64,000 nt of DNA from NCBI GenBank assembly GCA_964016885.1, contig OZ024750.1, positions 6,634,001-6,698,000 of the forward strand, given 5' to 3'. How positions within the stretch are numbered: position 1 is the first letter of the stretch; every line of letters begins with the position of its first letter. This DNA is from Eledone cirrhosa (taxonomy: Eukaryota). Shown piece by piece: positions 1 through 13,339 of the stretch. The notes below the pieces were generated by a model. That model made no database searches. It had not been told where the DNA came from and was given only the letters and a program-made list of their open reading frames with translations. A program made the translations under genes and the position numbers.

Positions 1-36
1 AAATATATTTTGTGTTTACTCTGCCTGAGTTAAACT

Positions 37-138
37 GGCACTCCTCTGGCACTCTGTGGCACTCTGTGGAACTCTGTGACACTCTGTGGCACTCTGTGAC
101 ACTCCTCTGGCACTCTGTGGCACTCTGTGGCACTCTGG
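37..138. repeat. 10-bp tandem repeat (GGCACTCTGT)n
   Basis: About 10 near-identical units are directly visible. Confidence 0.9.
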
Positions 139-279
139 AAAATGTAGAGGTTGGCACATTGGACCCCTAGAACCAAATGACGCCATTGTTTCCAAATACT
201 GGACATGGATAAATAAATAAATATATAAATAAATAAGGATTAAGACCCAAACAAAAGAAAAGAACTTCTACAAAATAAT

Positions 280-640
280 TACTACTGCTGTTGCTGATGT
301 TGCTGCCACAACTACTGCTACTACTGCTGCTGTTGTTGTTGCTACCACTACTAATGCTACTACTACTACTACTACCACAACCACCACCACCACCACCTCC
401 ACTACTATTACTACAACTACCACCACCACTGCCACCACTACTACCACTACCATCACCACCACTACTACTACCACCACCTCCACCCCACCACTACTACTAC
501 TACTACCACCACAACTACCACCACCACCACCAACACTACCACTACCACTCCACCACCACTGCCACTCCACCACCACTACTACTACTCCCGCCACCACTAC
601 TACTACTACCACCACCACCACCACTACTACTACTACTACC
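280..640. repeat. Compound (ACT)/(ACC) trinucleotide microsatellite
   Basis: Direct reading; explains the poly-V/L/P ORFs. Confidence 0.95.
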
Positions 641-1176
641 TCTACAATTATATATATCTATTCTAGTTAATTTAATTTTTTTTAGTCTGTAAAAGAGACA
701 AGAATGGAAGGAGAAAATAACGATTCTTTTATAATTAGTTGTTTGTTTTAGTGGGGGTTTTTTTAGTTCTGTTTATATAATTTATTTATTTATTTATTTA
801 TTTGGTTAATTTATTTATTTTGTTTTTGTTTTTCATCTAATTAATAATTTCTTACTGTTTGGCTGTTGTGGTGCGAGATTAACGAAGCAATCAGGGATAT
901 TTTAGCTCATTGAATAGAAAGTAATTTAAGAGAAACTGCAGACAATGGTGTTGTTGAAAAAGTCACTTTGACTACATACAACGTTTTGTGAGAGTATGGA
1001 ATAATTAACCAATATTACTGACTCAACATTTCACATATTCCAATTGTCTAGATTGTCTGATAGTAGATAAACACTGTAAATACTGCCTCTCTAATCTCTC
1101 TCTAGTTAACTATCTATCTATCATTATCTCTTCTGTCTCTGTTTTCTTTTTATATACCCCCTCCTCCTCTCTTTCT

Positions 1177-1240
<64 letters not shown>

Positions 1241-1572
1241 GTGAAGAGGTCAGTGTGCTTCAATTTTACATAATTTCATTGATTACTTTATTACTGTTAT
1301 ATATATATGTGTATGTAAGTATACATATGTATGTATGTGTATGTATGTATGTATATGTATGTATATGTGTATGTATGTATATATATGTATTTATGTGTAT
1401 AGATGTATTTATATATGCAAGCAGGGAAAAGCGGATGTAAAATAATGTAGATATGTATGTATATATATATATGTATGTATATATATATATATATATATAG
1501 ATATATATATATATATCATCATTTTACGTCCTTTTTTCCTTGCTTGCAAGGGTGGGGCGGGAACTGATTCTG

Positions 1573-1606
<34 letters not shown>

Positions 1607-1662
1607 ATATATATATATATATAATGACACATCGAATAATGAATGTAGTGCTTGCTAGATAC

Positions 1663-1854
1663 AATATACATACATACATATATACATACATACATACATA
1701 TATACATACATACATACATACATACATACATACATACATACATACATACATACATACATACATACATACATACATACATACATACATACATACATACATA
1801 CATACATACATACATACATACATACATACATACATACATACATACATACATACA

Positions 1855-1888
<34 letters not shown>

Positions 1889-1895
1889 CATATAC
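1663..1895. repeat. (CATA)n tetranucleotide microsatellite
   Basis: Long, nearly pure CATA run. Confidence 0.95.
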
Positions 1896-2354
1896 ATATA
1901 CGTGCTCATCCTCACTCTGTTTGGTATTCAGGTCTTGTTAAGGCTTAACAATATCCAATTACACAGCAGGGGTCAAGGGTTGCCTTATTTACCCCTATGT
2001 AACCCCAATAAAGTTAACAACTTGTTAAGCATTCTTAGATCAGACATATTAGTTAACTTGTTAAAGCATCTATCTCTCATAGAAGTGTTTCTAGGTGTGT
2101 ATATATAGATCAACATTACCAACATCAACATGATTAGCTCCACTGTCATCATCATCACCATCATCATCATCATCCTTGTCACCATCAGCTCTCTCTCACT
2201 GCCACCACCACCACCACCACCACCATCGTCATCATCATCATCATTACCATCATCATTAGAATCATCATAATTATCACCATGACCATCATCATCACCACCA
2301 CCTTTGTCTTCACCATTACATCATCATCATCATCATCACCACCGTCAGCAAGTG

Positions 2355-3090
2355 GTCATTTTGGTGCCACAATTCAAAGTACCCAGTCCACACTATAAAG
2401 TGTACATGTTGGTACCACAATACAAAGTACCCAGTCCCTGCTGTAAAGTGTACATGTTGGTACCACAATACAAAGTACCCAGTCCCTGCTGTAAAGTGTA
2501 CATGTTGGTACCACAATACAAAGTACCCAGTCCCTGCTGTAAAGTGTACATGTTGGTACCACAATACAAAGTACCCAGTCCACACTATAAAGTGTACATG
2601 TTGGTACCACAATACAAAGTACCCAGTCCACACTATAAAGTGTACATGTTGGTACCACAATACAAAGTACCCAGTCCCTGCTGTAAAGTGTACATGTTGG
2701 TACCACAATAAAAGTACCCAGTCCCTGCTGTAAAGTGTACATGTTGGTACCACAATACAAAGTACCCAGTCCCTGCTGTAAAGTGTACATTTTGGTACCA
2801 CAATACAAAGTACCCAGTCCCTGCTGTAAAGTGTACATGTTGGTACCACAATACAAAGTACCCAGTCCCTGCTGTAAAGTGTACATTTTGGTACCACAAT
2901 ACAAAGTACCCAGTCCCTGCTGTAAAGTGTACATTTTGGTACCACAATACAAAGTACCCAGCCCCTGCTGTAAAGTGTACATGTTGGTACCACAATACAA
3001 AGTACCCAGTCCCTGCTGTAAAGTGTACATGTTGGTACCACAATACAAAGTACCCAGTCCCTGCTCTAAAGTGGTTCTTTTGGTGCCACG
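2355..3090 (+). repeat. 48-bp minisatellite (~15 copies) derived from a SINE body segment
   Basis: Unit GGTACCACAATACAAAGTACCCAGTCCCTGCTGTAAAGTGTACATGTT (16-aa period in the ORF track); grades into the SINE relic at 3081. Confidence 0.9.
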
Positions 3091-3260
3091 ATAAAAAGCA
3101 GCCAGTCAGCACTGTCAATGTGGTTGGCATTAGGATGGGCATCCAGCCATAGAAGCCAAGCCCCAAAACATTTCTGTATGAGCAAGACACGGTCATCTGA
3201 TCCAATTCGTCCAACCCATGTTAGTATGTAAAAATGAACATTAAACAGTGATGATGATGG
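3081..3260 (+). mobile_element. SINE 3' half with RTE-type tail
   Basis: GGTGCCACGATAAAAAGCA...GTTGGCATTAGGATGGGCATCCAGCC...AACCCATG...TTAAACAGTGATGATG; the body is similar to 29880-29953. Confidence 0.7.
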
Positions 3261-3754
3261 TGGTGGTGGCGGTGGTGGTGGTGGTGGTGATGCTATGCAT
3301 TAATCACACACTGCTACCTTATATGATATATAATCCTAATAGTTTTAACATCTGCTTCTCACTTCTGTCTTTGGTTGGCTGCTTCTTCACAATAACACAC
3401 ATCCATGTCTTATATCTAATATATATTATTTCATTAACGATGCTTAACCTCACAAAAATACTTACTGATCCCACTCCCTACCTTGCTACTCCTTCATAAA
3501 TTACCTAGTTGTTCCTACCCATTTACTTTTCATTAAACACATGTAGAGTATCATGTATTCCTCTCTCAGTGCACTCACCCCTCTCAAATTTAACAGGCAC
3601 TGCTTCTATTTCATAGACAACATTTTCAACCCATTAGCCCTCAGTTCATATTGCATCTTTGACAGATATGCAACATTAATTAGTTCCTGTCTATTCACTG
3701 CATAATTTACTTTTTACCTTCGTTAACCACTGAACATTATATTAACTCATATGC

Positions 3755-4278
<524 letters not shown>

Positions 4279-4370
4279 CATCATCATCATCATCATCATC
4301 ACCGTTTTACGTCCGTTCTTCCACGCTAGCATACACACACACACACACACACACATGCACAGAAACAGTC

Positions 4371-4919
4371 AGATATAGATATGTTAGCTAATATACATAC
4401 ACATACACAGACATTGACACACACACAGACACACATATATGGACACACACATTCACGCACAAGATATAAATATGTTAGCTAACACACACACATACACATA
4501 CACACATACACACACAAAATATAAATATGTTAGCTAACATACACAGACATACACACAGACACACATATATGGACACACACATACACAAGATATAAATATG
4601 TTAGCTAACATACACAGACACAGACATACACACACAGAGACACACGGATACACATACACAAGATATAAATATGTTAGCTAACATACACAGACACACACAT
4701 ACACACACATACACACACATACACACATACACATACACAAGATATAAATATGTTAGCTAACATACACAGACACAGACATACACACACATACACACACAGA
4801 TACACATACACATACACAAGATATAAATATGTTAGCTAACATACACAGACACACACATACACACACAGAGACACACAGATACACATACACATACACAAGA
4901 TATAAATATGTTAGCTAAC
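4371..4919. repeat. Minisatellite with constant ~22-bp core and variable (CA)-rich spacers
   Basis: AAGATATAAATATGTTAGCTAAC occurs 8 times, separated by CA/CATA/CAGA tracts. Confidence 0.85.
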
Positions 4920-5817
4920 TTTCAGTTACATAAGCATCAATGGTTTACCCCTGTTAGCATAGTTATCAAATTGTGCTCCACATCTGTAATGTCTATCAAG
5001 ATATTTACTGTCAATACTCCACCCTAATATTATCTCCTTCCTCTCCTAAACCCAGTATATTTACTCCTCCTCCTTCATCAGTTACTTACTGCCCCAGTAT
5101 CTTATGTACTCTTTGCTAACCCATAATTCATTGGAGCTTTATCTCATGCAGATTTTCTATGAGATTTATTTTCTCTCTCTAAGTGAAGGGCAGATTTTAT
5201 GATGCTTGTGTACGAAATGCTTTCCTTGTGTTTAGTAATTGTAAGAATTTCAAATTAAAACATTAGCCACATATATTAACCATAAAACATCAGTTGAGAA
5301 GTGTTTCAGTTGGTTATAAACATTGCTCCTCCTAATACATAATCCCATATAGAGGGTGGTGGGGGTGTTTAGCATGACAGGGATGGTGGTGGTGGTGATG
5401 ATGATGATGGTGATGATGATGATGGGGGTGGTGGTGATGATGGTGGTGGTGGTGATGATGATGATGGGCGTGGTGATGATGATGATGGTGGTGGTGGTGG
5501 TGATGATGATGATGGGCGTGGTGATGATGATGATGATGGTGGTGATGGTGATGATGATGATGGTGGTGGTGGTGGTGATGATGATGGTGGTGGTGGTGGT
5601 GATGATGATGAGGATTATGGCAGTGGCGGCAGTAATAAATGTTTCTACTTTTGGCGCAAGGCCAGCAATTGTCTCCCGAAAGGATGAAAGGCAAATTTAA
5701 CCTCAGTGGGATTTGAACTCAGAATGTAAAAATCCTTGGTTGTCGCAAAACATATTGTGCAGTAACATGTTGTCAGTGGTGATGATGTCATCACTATATA
5801 TGTAGACTATCTAGCAT

Positions 5818-5849
<32 letters not shown>

Positions 5850-5986
5850 TGTCATCAAAAGCTGACAGTTGATGATGATGGTGATGGTGATGATGTTATG
5901 CCAGATTTTCTTTGGTGTACATGCAAGTGTTTGTAATGCCATATCATTTAATACTAACAACTTTTACTGAACTAGACAGCATATCA

Positions 5987-6025
<39 letters not shown>

Positions 6026-6494
6026 TATAATACATACATATATATACATATATATACATACATACACACATATATATACACACACATGTATACATTTCTG
6101 TAAGTAGATATATATGCAGTAAAGTATATATACTTACATACTTACATAGATTTACATATCGGTGCATATGTAATAAGCTAGATGTGTTTTTCTAGTAGTC
6201 ACATGTTTTTGATGTGTAAACATTGGTAGATTTACTCTAAAACCAGAAAACCATGAATAATTTATGTAATATATTTGCTACTTTGGAATTTATTAAGAAT
6301 ACATACACTTCTTCTATATATATACAACATAAATATATAGTTATATCTATGTTCCTGTGTAAACCTATATGTATGAACATATATGTATGTATATATATAG
6401 TGTGTATGTGTGTGGGTATGCATATATATATATATATAAATGCATATACATTCATATATTTATACATACGTACACACACACATATATATACATA

Positions 6495-6533
<39 letters not shown>

Positions 6534-6647
6534 ATGATGATATATATATGTACATGCGTGTGTGTGCATGTGTGTGTATAAATATGCATAGGAATATAAT
6601 ATATATATATATATACACATGTATATAAATATATATATATAACATAT

Positions 6648-6680
<33 letters not shown>

Positions 6681-7177
6681 CAAACACATGCACAAACACA
6701 CTCATACATTCATTTGACTTGCCTACACATGCATAAATCCATATAGCCATATAGTGATATAACCATATAGCCATATAGTGATATAGTTACTACATACATA
6801 TACATCTGTGAGCCGATGGCATCTTTTTATTATAATTTCTTATTATGGATCACTGGAGGCCAAATAGTTTAGATGTTATTGGTGATGAATGGTATTCAAG
6901 CTTGGAGCCAATTTTGGGTCAATTGCCAAAAGGGTTTTGGCATTCACTCTCTCCTTTGTATAATGTTTTCCAGTTTAGTAAAGTCTTACTTTACTACAAA
7001 CAAAAGTCTAACGTTTTTCTTCCTTTTACATCACATTCATATTTTTTTTTCTTTATCTTTTTTCTTCTTTCTTCTCTTATAATTCCTTCCTTCTTTATAC
7101 ATATGACAGAATTTCTACATATGTCTCCGTCTTTTTTCTCTCCCTATAACACCATCGTTTAACATCTATTTTCCACG

Positions 7178-7224
<47 letters not shown>

Positions 7225-7271
7225 CATCATCATCATCATCGTTTAACGTCCATCTTCCACGGTAGCATGGG

Positions 7272-7310
<39 letters not shown>

Positions 7311-7313
<3 letters not shown>

Positions 7314-7612
7314 TCATTTTACCACCACTTTTCCCTGCTTGCAAGGGTGGGAAGGGTCCTTTTCAGCATCTCTCCACTTGTCACAGTCCTTCGTCATCTC
7401 CACCGTGAGCTTCAGTGATCTGAGGTCAGCTCTCACCACCTCCACTCATGTTTTTCATGGTCTTCCTCTACTGCGTCTTCCTTCTACTGGGATTTCTTGG
7501 CACTTCTTTACCCAGCGGTCATCCTCCATGTGCATCACATGTCCATACCATTGCAGTCTTCTCTCCCACACACTACAACTTATCCCTCTTATACCCAGTT
7601 TCTCTCTCAACT
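7311..7612 (-). mobile_element. RTE-clade LINE 3' fragment (decayed ORF C-terminus plus tail)
   Basis: Minus strand translates LREKLGIRGISCSVWERRLQWYGHVMHMEDDRWVKKC..EGRRSRGRP*KT*VEVVRADL, matching the RTE RLxWxGHV...GRPxKTW motif; ends CCCACCCTTGCAAGCAGGGAAAGTGGTGGTAAAATGATG. Confidence 0.85.
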
Positions 7613-7632
7613 TATATATATATATAATAATA

Positions 7633-7790
7633 AATTTAATATGGAAATGACTTCTACAGGACTAGAACTGTTTTATTCAGAAAAAATCATCAGGAAAGCT
7701 GTCTGGGCGGCTTAGTGGTAGGTATTAGAGACAGTGTCAAACCTTGTCTAGGTTCAATCTCAGTCAAGGTCTATAGATAGAGCTTCTTGC
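7633..7790 (-). mobile_element. PLE-like terminal element, family A (degenerate HHR, GAAA mutated to AAAA) plus A/B-box tail
   Basis: Minus strand GCTTTC-CTGATGA-TTTTTTCTGAAT-AAAA-CAG TTCTAGTC CTG-TA-GAAGTC; a second partial copy lies at 7805-7846. Confidence 0.6.
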
Positions 7791-7912
7791 AAATATATAT
7801 ATAAATATATAGAAATGACTTCTACAGGACTAGAACTGTTTCATTTGGATGTATATATGCATGTATGTTTATATATATATATATATATATATATGCATGT
7901 ATGTTTATATAT

Positions 7913-8474
7913 GTCTCATGGTCGGGTCGTTGGCAACTAAACTGGTAACCCCACCAAGGTTTCTTGGTGAGGAGGGTGACTTTGGACATCCTGCAGGACT
8001 AAAAACAAAACCTGTCAAAGGGCAAAGGAGCTCTTAAGAGTCAATGGCCATCCAAAATCACCGGGAGAGATGACCCCTTAACCTTTGTCAAGGCAGAATT
8101 CTAGGAGAAGGAAAACTCTGATATAACACCTGCAACCCTGATGGTATCCAATGATGTTGACTTGTTCACCTTTTTGGTAAATATCATCTCGGTTAAGAAA
8201 GTGGGACTGGCTTTGTGCAATGCCTTTGCTCACTATAAAAGCTTCACGGCACAGGCATTGCTTTATATCTGGAGATCTCTCTGCACTTGTCGTCAGATGG
8301 TACCTTGGGCCCAGCACTATGTGTCAATAATTGTCACAAATGTAGTGTTTGTACCAGAGTTTTCAAGTCGCTGGGTGGACTAAAAAGTCACACTCGTTCA
8401 GCGCATTGGTAGGGGTTCTACTACATGGTTATAAAGTAGTGGCCATACTCGAAAACGAGTTGGCAGCCACCATG

Positions 8475-8475
<1 letters not shown>
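7913..8475 (+). mobile_element. RTE-like element remnant: 5'UTR-like segment plus 3' end with C2H2 finger
   Basis: CTAGGAGAAGGAAAACTCTGA (RTE 5'UTR-like) at ~8101; CSVCTRVFKSLGGLKSHTRSAHW* at 8341-8412; terminal hairpin CTCG-AAAA-CGAG. Confidence 0.6.
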
Positions 8476-8525
<50 letters not shown>

Positions 8526-8919
8526 ATACATGTGGCTGTGTGGTCCAAGAGAGTCAAATGTATCTTAAAGTCAATAAGCCATGTTTTCACAGCAGTCCAT
8601 CTAGCATCACCCCCACCTTGGCAACAGATGCAGCATCAACCCAGACTAATATAGAGGAGGGACTCTAAAGTTCACTACCACCCCTACTAAAATACCACCA
8701 CCATCAACATTACTACTACTTTTACTATTACTGCTGTTGCTATTACTAACCTTCCACTAATTTTGCTACCCTGACCCTCATCAACCTCTCTTCCAGCTGT
8801 CAAACACTGTCAACCCCCTACTCACCCCCACATCATCCTATCTGAATTTACCCCCACCCCACCCCACCTTTCACCTACTATTCTCTTTTCTCTTTTTCTT
8901 TTTTATACAATGCTGCTGA

Positions 8920-9005
<86 letters not shown>

Positions 9006-9694
9006 ATATGTATATATATGTATATAATATACACATAATATACATTATATATATATAAAATATACACATAATATACATAATATATATATTATGTGTGTAT
9101 ATATATATTTATATATAAGTATACATACATATATATGTATTTTTTTAAACAACTATAATAACAACATTAACCATTAACACCTATACAAATACACACACAC
9201 ACTACACACACACATACACACACACTACACACACACTACACACACACACAACACACACACACTACACACACACAGAAACACACACACTACACACACACAG
9301 AAACACAGACACACACACACACACACACTACACACACACAGAAACACAGACACACACACACACTACACACTGATGTGTTGCTGTCCATTTCTTGTTTTGT
9401 TTTAAGTAACTTACTTTTTTCAGTGGATGGGTGGGGTGGGAGGGAGAGGTAGAGTGGGGTAGGGGAGAGGTGTATGGTGGAATGAGGGGGGTGGGAGGGA
9501 GAAGTAGAGTGGGATAGGGGAGAGGTGTATGGTGGGGGGGGGGGGGGGGGTAGGATTGGAAGAAGGGCAAACCTTCTTTACAAAACTGGCATGGGATTCC
9601 AAGGTTTGGCAGGGGTGTGATGGGTCATATTAGCCAGCATCTGCCAGTGTTCACATACGCATCCACACGTACATTCACACACACATACACATAT

Positions 9695-9756
<62 letters not shown>

Positions 9757-9829
9757 CCAATCCCACCCTAATCTCATCTCCTTATTCCACCCAACCATAC
9801 ATGCAGGAGTATGACATATATATATACTT

Positions 9830-9899
<70 letters not shown>

Positions 9900-10048
9900 C
9901 ATGTACTTATATATATACTTATATATATATATATACTTACTTATATAAATATATATATATGTATATTTACATGTACTTATATATATATATACTTATATAT
10001 ATATATAAATATATATATATATACATGTACTTATATATATACTATATA

Positions 10049-10092
<44 letters not shown>

Positions 10093-10111
10093 CTTATATA
10101 TATACTATATA

Positions 10112-10158
<47 letters not shown>

Positions 10159-10169
10159 TTATATATATA

Positions 10170-10211
<42 letters not shown>

Positions 10212-10255
10212 CTTATATATATACTTATATATATATATATATATATATACATGTA

Positions 10256-10309
<54 letters not shown>

Positions 10310-10843
10310 TACAGAGAGGGGGGGGGGCTGTAGAATTGACACATTCACTAACCACAAACTGCCATTTATTTTGTGTAGAAGGTTTGGCATTCAACAGTGT
10401 GTTTATGCATGTCTTTCTAAACATGTTGGTGTGGCGGGGAGGTGTACTAAACCATATGTGTGTGTGTGTATGTATGTATATGTGTGTGTATGTATGTATA
10501 TGTGTGTGTTTGTATTTGTATGTAGGTACGTGTGTGTGTGTACGTAAGTATGTATGTGTGTGTATGTATGTATATGTGTGTGTTTGTATTTGTATGTAGG
10601 TACGTGTGTGTGTGTATGTAAGTATGTATGTGTGTGTATGTATGTATGTGTATGTATATATCATCATCATCATCATCGTCGTCAATTAATGTCTATCTTC
10701 CACGCTAACATGGGTTAAACGGGTTTGCCCCAATTAGAGGCAAGTTGGGTCAGGTGACCATGTCTTGCTTATATTGGAGATTTTCTGGATGGTTTTCTAC
10801 GGCTGGATGCCCTTCCTAACGCCATATATATATATATATATAT

Positions 10844-11031
10844 ATAGGAACCAGTAAGACCCCGACAGCTGAGCTCAAGCCGTTTCGACGGCTAATTCCA
10901 GAATTAGCCGTCGAAACGGCTTGAGCTCAGCTGTCGGGGTCTTACTGGTTCCTATTACCCACTCTACTACCTCAAGTATTGAGTACTTTGGTGCGTTATG
11001 GTCCACCTGGTTCCTTACCACATTTCCTTCG

Positions 11032-11032
<1 letters not shown>
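10844..11032 (+). mobile_element. PLE-like terminal element, family B: perfect 55-bp inverted repeat plus tail, in (TA)n
   Basis: Arms 10844-10898 and 10901-10955; each has GAAA-CGGC-TTGAGCTCA-GCTG-TC (3' half of an HHR); homologous to 60434-60660. Confidence 0.65.
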
Positions 11033-11107
<75 letters not shown>

Positions 11108-11925
11108 ATGTATATATGTGTATGCATATGTCTGTCTATAAAGCATGTAAAACAGCTATAAAAGGAAGAAAGTGCATGTGTACAATATGTGTATATATAT
11201 ATCTATATGTGTATATATATCCACATGTAAATTATATGTTTATCCAACTGTAATTATACCCTCAGATTCCTCTCTCTCAGTCTCTATCATAATACTAAGA
11301 TCCTACTAACCATATTTTACCATACCATAACCTTGTAAAAGAAAAATTAAAAAAATAAAATGGCTGCGTCCATAAATTAAAAAAACAAAATGGCTGCTCC
11401 CATCTAGATACCTAAACTATCTACTTCCTTCCCCTTCCATCTTAAAAGATATTTATGAAAACACTGTATGTCAAAATAACAATATTCTGAACTACAAATC
11501 TCTTAATCCATATGGTTTTAGCAATATATTTATTTATAGCTATGATGTTATTGTTGGTGTTCTTGTTTAAATAGTAGCGATCATAGACAAATATCCGTTG
11601 ACAGCTTGGAAAAACTGCTATTCTGGTATACCCTTTTATGAAATCGAGGTAGAGGGTCCTGTTCATATAAAGCCTCGTAGATTTAAGATAAGCTTGGGTG
11701 TCTGGTGTGGCATTGACTAGGATCAATGTCTTAGACGGGTATTCTGGAGAAAGGGCTAACTACTAAGTGACTATAAGCGTAAAGTTGTATGTACTAACCA
11801 CAGAGAAAGTTTAGGTTGGTAGCCATGACATAAATAAGTAAATAATACTGCAATATTATTTTTGTGGTGTGATGTGGTGTGGTGTGTGGGGTTTCCTGAA
11901 ATTAAGGTTGCTAGAGAAATACTGA

Positions 11926-12185
11926 TAGTAACTTAATGTAAAGTTCTTATATAAAATTATGTTGGAAGATTTTAATTAAATTGGAAACCTTTAAAATGGG
12001 TGATTTTATTTCATAGAACCAGGTCTGGTTTTGGCTGGGCTAGGCTGCACTGGGCTGGTAAGGTAGTAACTTTATGTAAGGTTCTTATATAAAATTAATT
12101 TGGAAGATTTTAATATAAATTAGAAACCTTTAAAATTGGTGGTTTTATTTCATTGAACCAGGTCTGGATTTGGCTGAGTTGGTAA
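11926..12185. repeat. Diverged ~138-bp tandem duplication
   Basis: TAGTAACTT...GTTCTTATATAAAATT...GAACCAGGTCTGG occurs twice. Confidence 0.8.
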
Positions 12186-13339
12186 CTAAAGGGTTAAAGT
12201 AATGAATGAAAAAAAAATAAGAAAAAGAACAACAATACTTTCATATAGATTTGAAATGGAATATTTAAAGTAGTGTCTACATCTATGTTAGCTCTCTATG
12301 ATTTAAATACTTTCTGCTCCCAGACTATTGCAGAAGATTGCTATATTTGGGTAACATTGATTTATAAGTTTCTACAAACAGGAAAGACCTGTGATGGTTC
12401 CTGGCCCTCTTGGGATTTGAAGAACTAATAGAAATAAACATGTCAGCTCAAAGGTTCGGCAGAAATTATTTTAACCTGATTGTAGAAACAGCAGCAGTTT
12501 TGGTGGTGGTGGTGGTGGTGGTGATGGTGGTGGTGGTGGTAATAGCAGCAGTAGTGGTAGTAGTAGCAACAGTACTAGTAATGGGGGTAATGCTGGTGAT
12601 GATGATGGTGGTGCTGGTGGTGCTGGTGGTGATGGTGGTGGTGGTAGTGGTGGTGATGGTAATATTAACAACAACAGCATCACTATTACCTATAACAACA
12701 GTAACAACATTAAGTCTGCTGAGAAAATGAAAGAAATATTGATTATAGAGATAATCTTTTAACAATTGATTAATCCAATCTATTCTTTACATTTCTGGTT
12801 TGTTCCTGTTTATCTCAGATTCCAGTGGAGCTTCTTCAATAGAGTTACATTTCCACTATCCTATGAAGTCTCTCATAGAAAAATCTCTGTCTTTAATTAG
12901 TAGGTAACGAGGCGTTATTAGTTTAATTGTCATTAAATAACCAAATCATTTGGATAAATTAGTGCCAGATGGTTTTGTTGTTGTTGCTTTTTAGATGCAA
13001 AAATAAAAATAAATTGCAAACAGTCAACTATATATGTAAAGTGGTAGCGGTGTTGTTATGATAAAATACACTCAGTACACCCAATAATGTTGTTTAATGG
13101 AAGGAAGGGGATTCCGACATAGAAACCATGCCAAGCATGGAGCGATTGAATGACATGTGGTCACCTGACTGGTTTAGTCACATGCTGCACAAATATACTA
13201 TTTATTTCAAAGATTGCTTACAGATCGCAGTCATTTTATGAATTAAGAAAAAAGACTAACGATACGTCTGTTGTCTTTCAACAGTAATCAGATATTTTAT
13301 GGTTTACTAGAAAATAAATATGTCTATAATGATAAGTCA

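Noticed and set aside
4371-4919. CRISPR-like array
   Set aside because: Spacers are related low-complexity CA tracts, there are no cas genes, and the context is eukaryotic.
8341-8412. Host C2H2 zinc-finger gene exon
   Set aside because: A single finger with no TGEKP linker, followed by a stop and an RTE-like 3' hairpin; it fits a LINE C-terminus.
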